Positions 1-10,100 of a DNA stretch of 31,318 nt are shown piece by piece. The position numbers and the translations under genes were made by a program. Source of the stretch: a virus (Duplodnaviria > Caudoviricetes); the IMG/VR virus record IMGVR_UViG_3300033481_000119, positions 1 to 31,318 of that record. One strand, 5' to 3'. The notes under the pieces are model-generated. The model was not told the DNA's origin. It was given only the letters and a program-made list of their open reading frames with translations, and did no database searches. The first letter of the stretch is position 1. Every line of letters begins with the position of its first letter.

Positions 1-126
1 GAACTGACAGATTACGTTAATTGGTTTAACAAAAAAAGAATTCATTCAAAATTAGGCTATTTAAGCCCATTAGAGTACAAACTTGCACACCTTAAAAAAA
101 CTGTCTAATTTAGTGTTGACAATCCA
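1..126 (+). mobile_element. IS3-family insertion sequence, right end (transposase C-terminus plus right inverted repeat)
   Basis: 1-108 reads ELTDYVNWFNKKRIHSKLGYLSPLEYKLAHLKKTV*, the typical IS3 OrfB tail (Y-x-x-W-F/Y-N..R-I-H-S-x-L-G-Y-L-S-P). It is followed by TGTCTAATTTAGTGTTGACAATCCA, ending in CA at 126 as IS3 ends do. Confidence 0.85.
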
Positions 127-342
127 ATAGCTTCAACACTTCGATCCACTACATACTTTTCAATCTCGTATATATACAAGTTCTATAGCCGGCTTGATTT
201 TACTCAGTTTTAAGTGACCATGCTAGATTTTTATCTTTACAAACCACTAAATAAAGGTAGCTTTTAAGCTAAGCCGCTTGTTAAGCGATTGCTGTTCAAC
301 CTTCCCCCTTTATCATCACAAATTAGATAAAGGGAGTTATAT

Positions 343-394
343 AAAAAATAGCGTAACCAAGTACTAATTCAAGTACCTAGTTACGCTGTTTTTT
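343..394 (-). terminator. Intrinsic terminator, possibly bidirectional, closing the minus-strand cluster
   Basis: Stem AGCGTAAC-CAAGTACT...AGTAC-CTA-GTTACGCT flanked by A and T runs, just after the stop at 401. Confidence 0.7.
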
Positions 395-400
395 CTAGCA

Positions 401-1066
401 TTATTTAAGCTCAATTACTTCAAAGCTAATGATTTTTTCAAAGAATAAATACTCTTTGCTATTTTGTGAACCAACAACCTTATTAAAAATATAATATGAA
501 TTACCTGTATCAACAATACGATTACACCATTTGATAAATTGATCAGCTTCATAATCAGGTAAATAATACTCTCGTTCACTAGAATCATTCATGATGATTC
601 TTAATAAGACTTTCCCATGTGAATATGGTTTAAGTTCTCCTGTAGAATCTATATCTAGGCAATCAAAATCAAATCGTATCCCATCACCTGAATATACTTC
701 TGCAAAATGTTCTTTATTCACTAAATCTGTTTTTTCAAGTCCTAAAATTTCTCTAACCACAGTATCATTATCCAGATTGGCCGTCCCTACTAAATCACCA
801 TCGATTTTGTAACTAATAGCTTTTGAATATTGTGGATGCTTAGAATGAATAAATCTTATTGATGTTCCAGTAAAGTTAAATTTTATTGAGCTAGAGTTTA
901 CCACATCCACAGAAACACCTTCTGGTATAACCGTCGTAGTTGTATTATATTCACCAGAAACTTCCTCTGTTGTCCATGGTCCTGTATAACTTATATTTTT
1001 ATCTCTATCGTCTAATCTTCTCCATCCTTCTTCCGGAGCGGTTAGAACTTGCCCTACTGTTGCCAT
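401..1066 (-). CDS. Hypothetical protein, ~221 aa: N-terminal beta-rich carbohydrate-binding-like domain plus a small C-terminal domain
   Basis: GGAGG at 1075-1079 favours ATG 1066 (MATVGQVLTAPEEGWRRLDD...). Motifs SIKFNFTGTSIRF and FDFDCLDID suggest a jelly-roll fold. The C-terminus (LRIIMND..EREYYL..FIKW..KEYLFFEKIISFEV) resembles Bacillota accessory proteins, from recollection only. Confidence 0.7.
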   Translation of the reverse strand: MATVGQVLTAPEEGWRRLDDRDKNISYTGPWTTEEVSGEYNTTTTVIPEGVSVDVVNSSSIKFNFTGTSIRFIHSKHPQYSKAISYKIDGDLVGTANLDNDTVVREILGLEKTDLVNKEHFAEVYSGDGIRFDFDCLDIDSTGELKPYSHGKVLLRIIMNDSSEREYYLPDYEADQFIKWCNRIVDTGNSYYIFNKVVGSQNSKEYLFFEKIISFEVIELK

Positions 1067-1198
1067 TTTACAGTCCTCCAAATAAATTATTGTTTTTGTA
1101 TATTCAAGAAACTCTTATTTTCATTGCATATTACCTATATATCGACTTTTAATTATATAGATATTCTTCTGATTGCACTTATTAAATTTAAAATAAGT

Positions 1199-1855
1199 TT
1201 AATAAGTATATCTCAGTTTAAGAATTGTTTTTTCATCGTCAAAATTATGATCAACAGCAACACCTAAATATTTGCCATCATTCGATATCTTTCTTGATAC
1301 CGAATATCCAAATTCGGCAGGTGCCCAATTATCCACGTTTTTAGGTGCATAATCAACCTGCCGCAATATTTTTTTATATGCATGTATGTTATATTGATTG
1401 AGTACAATCGGATCAGTTTCTTTGTACTGCGATAACTCTATTTTCTGGTCTGAATTTTTAGGATTAGTCACAATTGCAAAATCGGCACTAGACTTTTCAC
1501 GTTCTTTTTCAACAATAATAGGTACTTGTTGTACAACAGTATGAATTACAGTATCCGGTGCTTTATTTTTGAGTGCGCGAATTTGTTGCGCGGTTTCGTC
1601 TAACTGACTTTGTAGCATATCAACATGTGCATTATTAGCAGCCTCTTTTACACCTTGAGATGTTTCGGCTTGTTGCTGGCTTTCATATGTTTCTAGCTGC
1701 GGTCTAGCAAAAAAATATTCACAAATTAGGTATCCGCCTAAAAAAAGCAATGACATAGTCAAAATAGCTATAATTACTTTTATGCGTTTTGGTAACATTT
1801 GTACTTTTTGTGCTGCTTCCTCAACGGATTTTTCAACTAATTCTTTTTCATCCAT
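1199..1855 (-). CDS. Membrane-anchored lysis-cassette protein, candidate spanin-like
   Basis: 218 aa, SD GGAGG. One N-terminal TM segment (VIIAILTMSLLFLGGYLIC), a Q/E-rich coiled coil, then amphipathic beta-strands ending in LKLRYTY. Lies directly after holin and endolysin. Confidence 0.6.
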   Translation of the reverse strand: MDEKELVEKSVEEAAQKVQMLPKRIKVIIAILTMSLLFLGGYLICEYFFARPQLETYESQQQAETSQGVKEAANNAHVDMLQSQLDETAQQIRALKNKAPDTVIHTVVQQVPIIVEKEREKSSADFAIVTNPKNSDQKIELSQYKETDPIVLNQYNIHAYKKILRQVDYAPKNVDNWAPAEFGYSVSRKISNDGKYLGVAVDHNFDDEKTILKLRYTY

Positions 1856-1879
1856 TTCAAAAAACCTCCTAAAATTAAT

Positions 1880-1923
1880 AAAGCGCTTAAAATCGATATC
1901 TTAGGATTCAATTTAAGCGCTTT
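1880..1923 (-). terminator. Hairpin/terminator between the endolysin and the 218-aa gene
   Basis: Perfect 12-bp inverted repeat AAAGCGCTTAAA (1880-1891) / TTTAAGCGCTTT (1912-1923). Confidence 0.55.
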
Positions 1924-1944
1924 CATTTATATGGACTTAACTTT

Positions 1945-2460
1945 TTACGCGAAATAATTAGTTACCCCTCTTGCAATTGCATGTGCAAAATCAACTTGGC
2001 GATTTGCAAGTAACTGTTCATCAGCAACATTACTGACAAATGCTGTTTCGACCAAAACTGCTAGGCAATCAGTATGTTTAATCACGTACAATTCAGTGCT
2101 GTATTTTACACCACGATCAACAGTACCAAGTGAATTTACAATCTGATTTTGAATGCCAAAAGCTATCGATTCACCTGCACCGCCAGAATTATAACAAAAT
2201 GTTTCTGTTCCTTGTGCCTCAGTGCTAGAAGCCGCATTGCAATGAATTGATACAAATAGATCTGCACAAAATGTATTGCTTTCATTAATGATATCTGCAA
2301 GTTCATTTTCCTGCACGAATAAAACTTCGTAACCAACTGCTTGTAAATCCCTACATACGATTTCAGCAATATTTTTTACTACATCTGCCTCCTGCAAAAA
2401 TGTTCCTACAGCACCACTATCAAGTCCGGGGCAATGCCCTGCGTTGATACAAACTTTCAT
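1945..2460 (-). CDS. Endolysin, N-acetylmuramoyl-L-alanine amidase (Amidase_3), catalytic domain only
   Basis: Zn-amidase motifs INAGH..D.GAVG, E-AD, FVSIHCNA, AVLVETAFVSN. 171 aa with no cell-wall-binding domain. Confidence 0.93.
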   Translation of the reverse strand: MKVCINAGHCPGLDSGAVGTFLQEADVVKNIAEIVCRDLQAVGYEVLFVQENELADIINESNTFCADLFVSIHCNAASSTEAQGTETFCYNSGGAGESIAFGIQNQIVNSLGTVDRGVKYSTELYVIKHTDCLAVLVETAFVSNVADEQLLANRQVDFAHAIARGVTNYFA

Positions 2461-2483
2461 TTTTCATCGACCTCTTTCATAAA

Positions 2484-2912
2484 CTAAAGTTTTTTTTCTT
2501 CTTTTATTTGAGCCAATTTATCTCTAACGAAATATGGGAATAAATTACCCCAGCCACCTTTATCGGCATTTTCGACAATACTAACCAATTCAAGTACACC
2601 ATAAGCACATATCGCCATGTAACGCAAGGTATTTGTGTTAAACAATAAATCAGCACCATAGAAAAAAGCAACGACTATGAAAATCGTTGCCTTTTTTCCT
2701 ATACCTTTAAATCCTAGCTGACTTGATAATTGTTTTGTTTGCCAAGCAGCGTACATACCTGTCATATAATCTATAACTACAAATAACATAAGCATTTTTA
2801 CTTGAACATCAAAACCGCCTACCGCCTTTGCAAATATTGTGCCTAAAAGCCCTGCAACCGCTAATATTTTAAGTTCAGTTAATGTATACATATTCATAAA
2901 AAAATCTAACAT
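2484..2912 (-). CDS. Phage holin (Phage_holin_4 type, toxin secretion/phage lysis family)
   Basis: GGFD..LMLFVVIDYMTG..AA...LSS..GFKGI.KK..IF..V..D and E.VSI.EN motifs, several TM segments, directly upstream of the amidase. Confidence 0.9.
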   Translation of the reverse strand: MLDFFMNMYTLTELKILAVAGLLGTIFAKAVGGFDVQVKMLMLFVVIDYMTGMYAAWQTKQLSSQLGFKGIGKKATIFIVVAFFYGADLLFNTNTLRYMAICAYGVLELVSIVENADKGGWGNLFPYFVRDKLAQIKEEKKL

Positions 2913-2972
2913 TTCATCATCCTTTCAGCACAAAAAATAGAACCTACATTGGCTCTTTATAAGATTATTATT

Positions 2973-5060
2973 TTAAATAATAAGCGCATATCCTGTAAAT
3001 GTGCTTGGTGTCATATTTACTGTAATTGATTTAAGATATGCATTTAGCGTATAACCATTAACGATATGTGTATAGGCAACCGATGCTGTTCCATTACTAG
3101 ACTTGTAATAGTTAATAGAATATATAATCTCTCCGTCTGAAACAGTATATGTAGTATATGGACTAGTCCACCACCTAGTGGATAGTTGAACAGTATAACC
3201 ATCTGGATACAAACTACTATATATAGTTCTATAATTTAAGTAATTTCCATCCCCACTAGTACTAGATTTTGCATCTGAGATATACGTCACATGCTGCCCA
3301 GAAAATGATTCCCAAGTTCCATCAAGTGTTGGGGTAAGTGAATAAGATTTTAAGGTTGTAACAGTATTTAAATCATTATTTAAACAAATTGCAAAGTCAA
3401 TTGACATTGGAGCAAAGGTATCAGACCATTGAGCTATCGTAATAGCATTTATTGTTGCTACAGCCATACCATATGTCTTGATATTAGAAATATCAACAGT
3501 TGTCCAAACATTACTAATAAAAGACTTCCACGTCACTCCTTTATCAAAACTAACCAATATATTTAAATTATTACCAACCACCGATACTCCTTGAACGCCC
3601 GTATAATGCAATAATGATATTCTGGTGTAATCAGTGGTTTTAACCACACCACTAACTGCGTTGTTCGGGGGCATCCAACAAGGATAAGTCGATGGAATTA
3701 ATATTTTAGGCGGTGCATAAATATCACCTGTGAATCCTCCATCATAATTCCTAAATAGTCTTTGAGCGGTTGTTCTTTTTATTTCTTCTTTTACTATTTC
3801 AAAATCCAAATATTCTTCTTCACCATTTGGATAAAACAGTTTTATTCTTGCTTTATTAATGCCTTTTGTTAATTGACTAGGATTGATTGTAAACTCAACA
3901 TTATTCATTGCTATGTCACTAGAAGTCTGTTGAACAATTACAGAATCATTCAGCGTTAAGTTATATTTACCAGAGATAGCTTCTGTTGACCGGCTAGTAA
4001 GTGAGACTGTTACGGGCATGCTCTTGTGTTGATGCGTCGGAGTTACGGTTAGAATGTATCTACTATTGGCATTAGAGCTGGAGACAATACAATCATCCAG
4101 CCCAACTCCTATAACATTTCTTACTTCTCTACCAATGCTTTCATCATCAATGGCAAATCCTAAATCGTTTCTGGTACGGACACCTGCAAGGTTATCATCT
4201 AATGTTACACATAAATCACTTCTTATTCGCAAACCTGCAACTTCATCATCCAATGGCATGCCAAAATCTTCTCTTCTTCTATTACCAAAATTTAAATTAC
4301 AAATATCTTCACCATAAGTAGAACTTGCACGTAGACCAAAAGAATAATCATCTAAATTAGACCCATTCTTTCCGTTTTGCCTAGCATTAAGCAATTGCAA
4401 TGTTTCGTCATCATTGGATTGATAACTTCTTGTCGTCCTGCCCCCGGATTTAATTGTATCAATTTCCACATCTAAACCGTTGTAATTAAGCAGGGAGATC
4501 GGCCCATTGCTTAAATCTTCAATATCTAATCCACTGTTTCCAGTTATAGAAATATTTCCAACGTCTTCACTATCTGCAATATCCACACCGAAAAAGGTCT
4601 GAACATCAGAATTTAGACAGAAAGTGAATTCTACATTAGAAATAGAAAAATTATCTACACCAGTACTAGCACCAGTATAAAGATTTATACCATAATATTT
4701 AGTTCCTTTACCAATATCGTGCAATGTAACTGTTGCTGAACCGCTTGACAAAGTTGTTAAGTACACCCAACTGGTGCCATTATAGGCTTGGACTCCGACA
4801 GATATTCCCGAGTAATAAGTGATGGTGATGTCATAAACTAAAAATGGAGCACCAAATAACACATACCAAGATGTACCTCTATTATAAAAACTATCATACC
4901 ATGCAGTTGAGTCACTTCCATCCATGGCATAATAAGGAGAAGCCATTTGACGTGTGCTACCATTAACAGTTAATGAATAGGCAACCCCATCAATTGTATA
5001 AGACGATGGGGTTGTATTACTTGTCATTAACTTGGCAAGTTTGTAAAAACGTGTTGCCAT
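2973..5060 (-). CDS. Putative receptor-binding/fibre-associated protein, 695 aa
   Basis: N-terminal discoidin/F5-8-like domain (MTSNTTPS..Y.AMDGSDSTAW), acidic 17-aa repeats, an Ig-like segment, and an LVSFDKGVTWKSF..W...GM..ATINAIT..QW domain also seen in the 905-aa protein. Last gene before lysis. Confidence 0.55.
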   Translation of the reverse strand: MATRFYKLAKLMTSNTTPSSYTIDGVAYSLTVNGSTRQMASPYYAMDGSDSTAWYDSFYNRGTSWYVLFGAPFLVYDITITYYSGISVGVQAYNGTSWVYLTTLSSGSATVTLHDIGKGTKYYGINLYTGASTGVDNFSISNVEFTFCLNSDVQTFFGVDIADSEDVGNISITGNSGLDIEDLSNGPISLLNYNGLDVEIDTIKSGGRTTRSYQSNDDETLQLLNARQNGKNGSNLDDYSFGLRASSTYGEDICNLNFGNRRREDFGMPLDDEVAGLRIRSDLCVTLDDNLAGVRTRNDLGFAIDDESIGREVRNVIGVGLDDCIVSSSNANSRYILTVTPTHQHKSMPVTVSLTSRSTEAISGKYNLTLNDSVIVQQTSSDIAMNNVEFTINPSQLTKGINKARIKLFYPNGEEEYLDFEIVKEEIKRTTAQRLFRNYDGGFTGDIYAPPKILIPSTYPCWMPPNNAVSGVVKTTDYTRISLLHYTGVQGVSVVGNNLNILVSFDKGVTWKSFISNVWTTVDISNIKTYGMAVATINAITIAQWSDTFAPMSIDFAICLNNDLNTVTTLKSYSLTPTLDGTWESFSGQHVTYISDAKSSTSGDGNYLNYRTIYSSLYPDGYTVQLSTRWWTSPYTTYTVSDGEIIYSINYYKSSNGTASVAYTHIVNGYTLNAYLKSITVNMTPSTFTGYALII
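4090..4360 (-). repeat. Imperfect 17-aa tandem repeats within the 695-aa protein
   Basis: DFGMPLDDEVAGLRIRS / DLCVTLDDNLAGVRTRN / DLGFAIDDESIGREVRN / VIGVGLDD, with two weaker units upstream. Confidence 0.7.
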
Positions 5061-5074
5061 AAGGATTTACCTCC

Positions 5075-5944
5075 TTATGCTATTCTTAGTAAAATAGCCC
5101 TGCTTGGAAATGATGTTATATTAACAGACGCTACGACTGCCACATAATATGTGTATGTTCCAATTGTAACTGTATCACCAGTGATAAAATTTGTACCAGA
5201 ATAATATGCGAATTTTAATCCGTCTAATTTACCTCTAAAACTTTCGGTAGCACTTCCATAATAGGCAGTAGCTCCGAAACTTTTAGCAGCAACATTTGGG
5301 TCGCCTGGTGGAATTAATGCATACAACATAATTGAATAAGGGGCTGTAACTGATCCCATAGTATCAGAAGTATTGCAAATCATTGCTGAAGCTGCTGTTG
5401 TTCCATTGTTTGAAGTTGCCACTAGCATACCTCTGGAAGCACTGTCTGACACGAATAATGTATCTGGCTCACCAATGTAAATTACAGTTGGTGCTAAAGC
5501 CGTCGCCGATGGATATTCAATTTCTAAAATCAATTTACTAGCATCTGCATACACATGATACGTGCAAATGGTATCTTTGCCTAATGTAGTGGTTACTGCT
5601 GCTACAGGAGCAATATATAAATTAGTCCACGCTAATGCTGTCCTCCCAAATGTCCCTGCTACACCTGCCGCTCCAGGCACGTAAGTGTCTTGCAATCTAT
5701 AGGACATGCAACAATAATCAGTTGTAACTATAGAGTTAACTGCGGTAGAGCTAATGTCTCTAAGGTTTAATAATAAATTCTTATCTCCAGTGTTTCCTGT
5801 TGATTTCATTACTACAAAATCAGAACTAGCTAAAGACGCCACATTACTCCACCCTGCAGAAGTTAATTTGTCGATAATAAGTTGATATATTGCTGATTTT
5901 GCACAAGTTCCCGAAGTAAAAATATAATCTGTTGGTATAGCCAT
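5075..5944 (-). CDS. Virion structural protein, 289 aa, probable distant paralogue of the tip proteins at 13344-17009
   Basis: N-terminal helix-W-strand pattern and C-terminal RGKLDGL...GDTVTIG..YYV, matching VGEFDGM...KDTLIHEG..YKV of 16068-17009. Confidence 0.6.
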   Translation of the reverse strand: MAIPTDYIFTSGTCAKSAIYQLIIDKLTSAGWSNVASLASSDFVVMKSTGNTGDKNLLLNLRDISSTAVNSIVTTDYCCMSYRLQDTYVPGAAGVAGTFGRTALAWTNLYIAPVAAVTTTLGKDTICTYHVYADASKLILEIEYPSATALAPTVIYIGEPDTLFVSDSASRGMLVATSNNGTTAASAMICNTSDTMGSVTAPYSIMLYALIPPGDPNVAAKSFGATAYYGSATESFRGKLDGLKFAYYSGTNFITGDTVTIGTYTYYVAVVASVNITSFPSRAILLRIA

Positions 5945-5967
5945 AATAAAAATCCCCCTTAAATTTG

Positions 5968-7113
5968 TTAATTATTTTTTATAGTTACGTGGAAAACAAC
6001 ACCAGTGTCGTCTCCAGCGGTTGAAGCTCTGATAACATCGCCAGATGATATGGACGTATTGGTAGCCAAGCCACTATATTCTTGATATGAAGTATTTGTT
6101 GGTAATGTCAAGTCACTCCCCCCAACTACTGACCATACATCTGCCTTTGCAACATAATTTGCTTTTGATTGCATTTCAACATTAAACAATAAAGAGGCGG
6201 TTTGTGGCTCAGAACAAATGACCGCGATTTTTTGTATTGTGCCATTCCACGGATACATGATTTCGGTTTCCCCACCCACAAATACTACTGTTCTTATGTC
6301 TTCATATACTGGCATCCCTTTATAATCTAATCTGCCATTATGATCTGACAAGCCAGCTACTACATTAGGAACCCCTTGGATGTTATCCCATTTTAGCACC
6401 ACATCCATGCTTTCCTTTTCAGCTCTTTTAATCCAAGTAGTATTGGTAGCATCATAAATATATTCCGCCCATCCAGCCGTAACAGTAGTATCTCCAGTAG
6501 CATCTACAACGTGAACTTGTAGACCGTCATATAGCTTGGTTACATTGATGACGTTGCGGTCAGCTATATTACTAACTACCCGCATTTCTTTAACATTTGG
6601 AGGTAATTGAGACATTGGTACATAACCACTTGAATTTAACTCAGCATAGCCACCAGCCTGCCCCTTGTTTAATGTATTTTCTTTTAAATCTAACGCTTCT
6701 TGTAGTCCAGTAATTGCACCAATCACGTGCTGGTTTGCCAAATTGCGACCTTGTAAATCCTGATGTTTTATGAACGTTGCCCCACCGAATAATTTTAAAA
6801 CCCACGTTGCCGTACCATCTGTGACTATATCACCTTCACCATATCCTTGTGGTTCAGTAGTCCCAGATGTTCCACCAACACTACACATATAAAAGCCCCA
6901 ACTCGGACAAGTCAGGTTTCTGACTATATCTTGTTTTTTATAGGCTGTGTTAGGTTTCCACATATCAAAATGCGATTTGCTGTCTGCATGTGCTTTTGGT
7001 AAAACAACATCATCAATGGTTTGTATCGAATCGTTAATTTTCTCCCGCATCACATAATCGGAGCCTAAAATCAGCGGTAATCCTAGATTTTTTGTTACAC
7101 TTTCCTCCGCCAT
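5968..7113 (-). CDS. Tail fibre/adaptor A, ~381 aa
   Basis: SD GGAGG before ATG 7113. CBM5/12-like WKPNTAYKKQDIV..DGTATW, fibre motifs QHVIGAITGLQEALD and GYAELNSSGYVPMSQLP. Directly after the central tip protein. Confidence 0.75.
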   Translation of the reverse strand: MAEESVTKNLGLPLILGSDYVMREKINDSIQTIDDVVLPKAHADSKSHFDMWKPNTAYKKQDIVRNLTCPSWGFYMCSVGGTSGTTEPQGYGEGDIVTDGTATWVLKLFGGATFIKHQDLQGRNLANQHVIGAITGLQEALDLKENTLNKGQAGGYAELNSSGYVPMSQLPPNVKEMRVVSNIADRNVINVTKLYDGLQVHVVDATGDTTVTAGWAEYIYDATNTTWIKRAEKESMDVVLKWDNIQGVPNVVAGLSDHNGRLDYKGMPVYEDIRTVVFVGGETEIMYPWNGTIQKIAVICSEPQTASLLFNVEMQSKANYVAKADVWSVVGGSDLTLPTNTSYQEYSGLATNTSISSGDVIRASTAGDDTGVVFHVTIKNN

Positions 7114-7126
7114 TATCTTTCCTCCC
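6685..7126. repeat. Copy 1 of a ~440-bp diverged direct repeat (fibre N-terminus plus RBS)
   Basis: Colinear with 30635-31076 at a constant offset of 23950 bp, e.g. TCCTAGATTTTT and CATTATCTTTCCTCCC occur in both. Confidence 0.9.
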
Positions 7127-7127
7127 A

Positions 7128-10100
7128 TCATATTAATTCAATGAACTGCGTACCATCCCATTGTAAATATTTCTCTGCTTTCATATTAGGTTCTTTAAAT
7201 TTCGTTCTTAAAACAAAACCAGTTTCCAGACTAACAAAATCATGCTCAGTATTATTTTTAATTAACATGGCTCGTCCGTCCGGAATAATATAACTATCGT
7301 CATAGCATAAAACTGTATTAGTAGCCGCCTGCAATACTTTTTGCCCCAAAAGTATAACTGGAAGGTTAACATATTTAATATACTGCTCATCTGATGCCGT
7401 GTTTTCAGGCACAACTACCTCTGCAGTATCACCCCAATTGGAGATACATTTCAATGCGCTCTGCTCATCCACAACACCGTTAACCATCGTTGGAATAATC
7501 CAGCTAAAGGTCCGTTTCTGTGCCTGGTAAGATAGCAAATCATTTAATTTTGCATAAATTTCAATTGTTGTTTCTCCGGTAATTCCTGCAAGACTCCCAC
7601 CATCTATAGCCCTTTGCGCCCATGAATACTCAAATATTGATGCTGTATCTGGCAGTGTATATTCTTTAATCTGTTTATCATCTGCATAAACGTTTACGAT
7701 ATATTCTAATCCAGCTGGTGGCGTAAAAGCGGTACTGCTCCAGTATTCTTTTTCATCATCCTGACTCACACAGCCAAAACTAAACTGCTTATTTCGCGCA
7801 AACCATTTAATACTTAAGTCGCCAGCAAATTTACTTGTATTAACCTGCTCATAGAGCAAATGCGCATTCATACGAATTTTTCCTGGCGGCGAAGGTCGTT
7901 CCGCGCGCCTAACTGTAGTAAGACGTCGCACCTTAGCATTGTCAAAGGCTTCTTTTTCATTTACTGTACTGGTTGTAATATTATAAAATTCATCCACTGT
8001 TTTTCCTTCATGACAAACTGGTCCACCAGTCGTTACGTTTGCATAATGACCAGATTCTATAAAGTAAATGATTTCTCCATTTCCATGTTTTTCGGGCACA
8101 GTATCGTATACCCCGCGAATGATTCCCTGTACACGCCAGTTACCATTTGGCATCTGGGTAATATTGCTCCATGCCATAAGCTCATTTCCCATCATTAGGA
8201 GTTTACCGCCACGCCTTGCCGATACGATATCGGTTGCGGAATCACTAAGTGCACTAAATCTTAAATCTTCAATGCCACCTAAATCAATGATTTCAATCCC
8301 CGTCAAGTCCTCAGCATTGCTAAATGCATCATAATCGTAAATGAGCCGACCAGTTGCTGTCCATTTACTCATGGTATTTGTCGTTTCAAAATTCTCGCTT
8401 GCTCGCTTGCGCCATATCATCCAAGCTTGTGTTTTCAGATCTGGTTTCACAGCAAATGCAAACACATACGTATCTTTAATCTGCATAATTTCATACGGTA
8501 ATTCAAAATAATTAAAAGTTTGCACGCCTGTTGGATAAAGAGGTTCAGGTTTCCACTCTGTAGAATCCGAAAAATTAAAATCCGTTTTTGCCAGACTAAA
8601 GATATCTTCCATGAGTTCAATTTTAATCTTGCCGTCCGTAAAATTTCCTAAATTTACATCAGTAACTCTAAATAGCATATTTTTAACACCATATGCCGGA
8701 AAATTCAAACAGCAAATATCCCCAAGTCGCAGCATATACAAGTTTCGATTTCCTTCAACAGAAGCTGTAGCTAGCGGATATCCTTGCTGCATTAATTCCC
8801 TTTTTGCGGCCCATAAAGCATTTTCGGCTTTTGTAAAATACGGGTAAGAATAAGTTTTTGTCGTTAAAATTCCATTATTGATTTCAACATTTGCCTGATC
8901 TATGTCAGATAAAGACCCAGTTTCGTATAACGCCGATCTATCGGTATAAGTTGCCGATATCTCTGATACAGTCTCGCGCCAATCAAGCCGCGAAAAGGAA
9001 ATGGTTGAAATATTACTTTCATCTAATAAGAAAATCTCCTTTAAATTCTGTTGATCCTCGGGCAATACATCGTCTGTCTTATATTGATTAAGATCGTTTC
9101 TAATTAATCGATAGGTAAGTTTTCCATCTTTAGGCTCAATAAATTTCACTGCATTGATATGCTCACAAATCGAATCAATGATCTGCCCTGCTGTAACTTT
9201 ACTCGTTAGCAGTAATGTAATTCCTATTTTTTCCTCTTGCAATGTTTTGCCGATTTCTTTCAACGCATCAAGGTTTAAAATCTCTTCCGACTCAGCAATC
9301 CCCCAATTTTTATTGACATGCATTTCATAAAAAGCCTCAGCTGGATTTACATCTTCATCAATACTCCCTAATCCAAGATGATCCGGTATGTTTTCAATCT
9401 CATACCACATCGTTGGCACCGTAGCCTGTTTACCGACGTACGCAGTAGGAATAACAACTGAGATAAAGGGACGATACGCTGGCGTAAACCCACGAAGCTC
9501 TTGCTGAATACTATCTGCCTGCATTTGATTTACCATCCAGGCATCCGGCATTTGATTAGCTCCGCCAAAATATACATGAATTTCACCAACGAATCCTCCA
9601 TTTTCATCTGGACCTCCAAATAATTGATCGTTGTTTATTGGTATAACAAGAGCACTACCATTTTGTTCTTTTGCTCCTACACTGCCTTCCCATATAAGCT
9701 CTTCATTCATATAAATTTTCTTTAATTTCACATTTTCGCCAGACCAACAAATAAGTTGCTGATAGCCAAGATAATACTTAAAGCCCTTTTGCAATGTCGT
9801 CTTTAGATTTCGACCATTGATAAGCCATGACAAGAGCCACATAAATAAAGCATTAATCAAAGGTCCTACCGCCATATCTTTACCAGCTATTTTTACCGTT
9901 ACTGGGGCAGGTCCATCTTTTGTTTTAGCCGTTCCTTCTCCTCCACCAGTCGTTGTTGCAGGGGAAGCTATATATTGTGCAATTAAAGAAAAAACCATTG
10001 GCCAAGCCGAAAAATTTGCGTGAGCTGCATAGGTTTCTGTATAAGCTTCTGCTCTAAAATCTCCATAATAAATAGTCAATGGCGATTTAATTAGGCTTGT

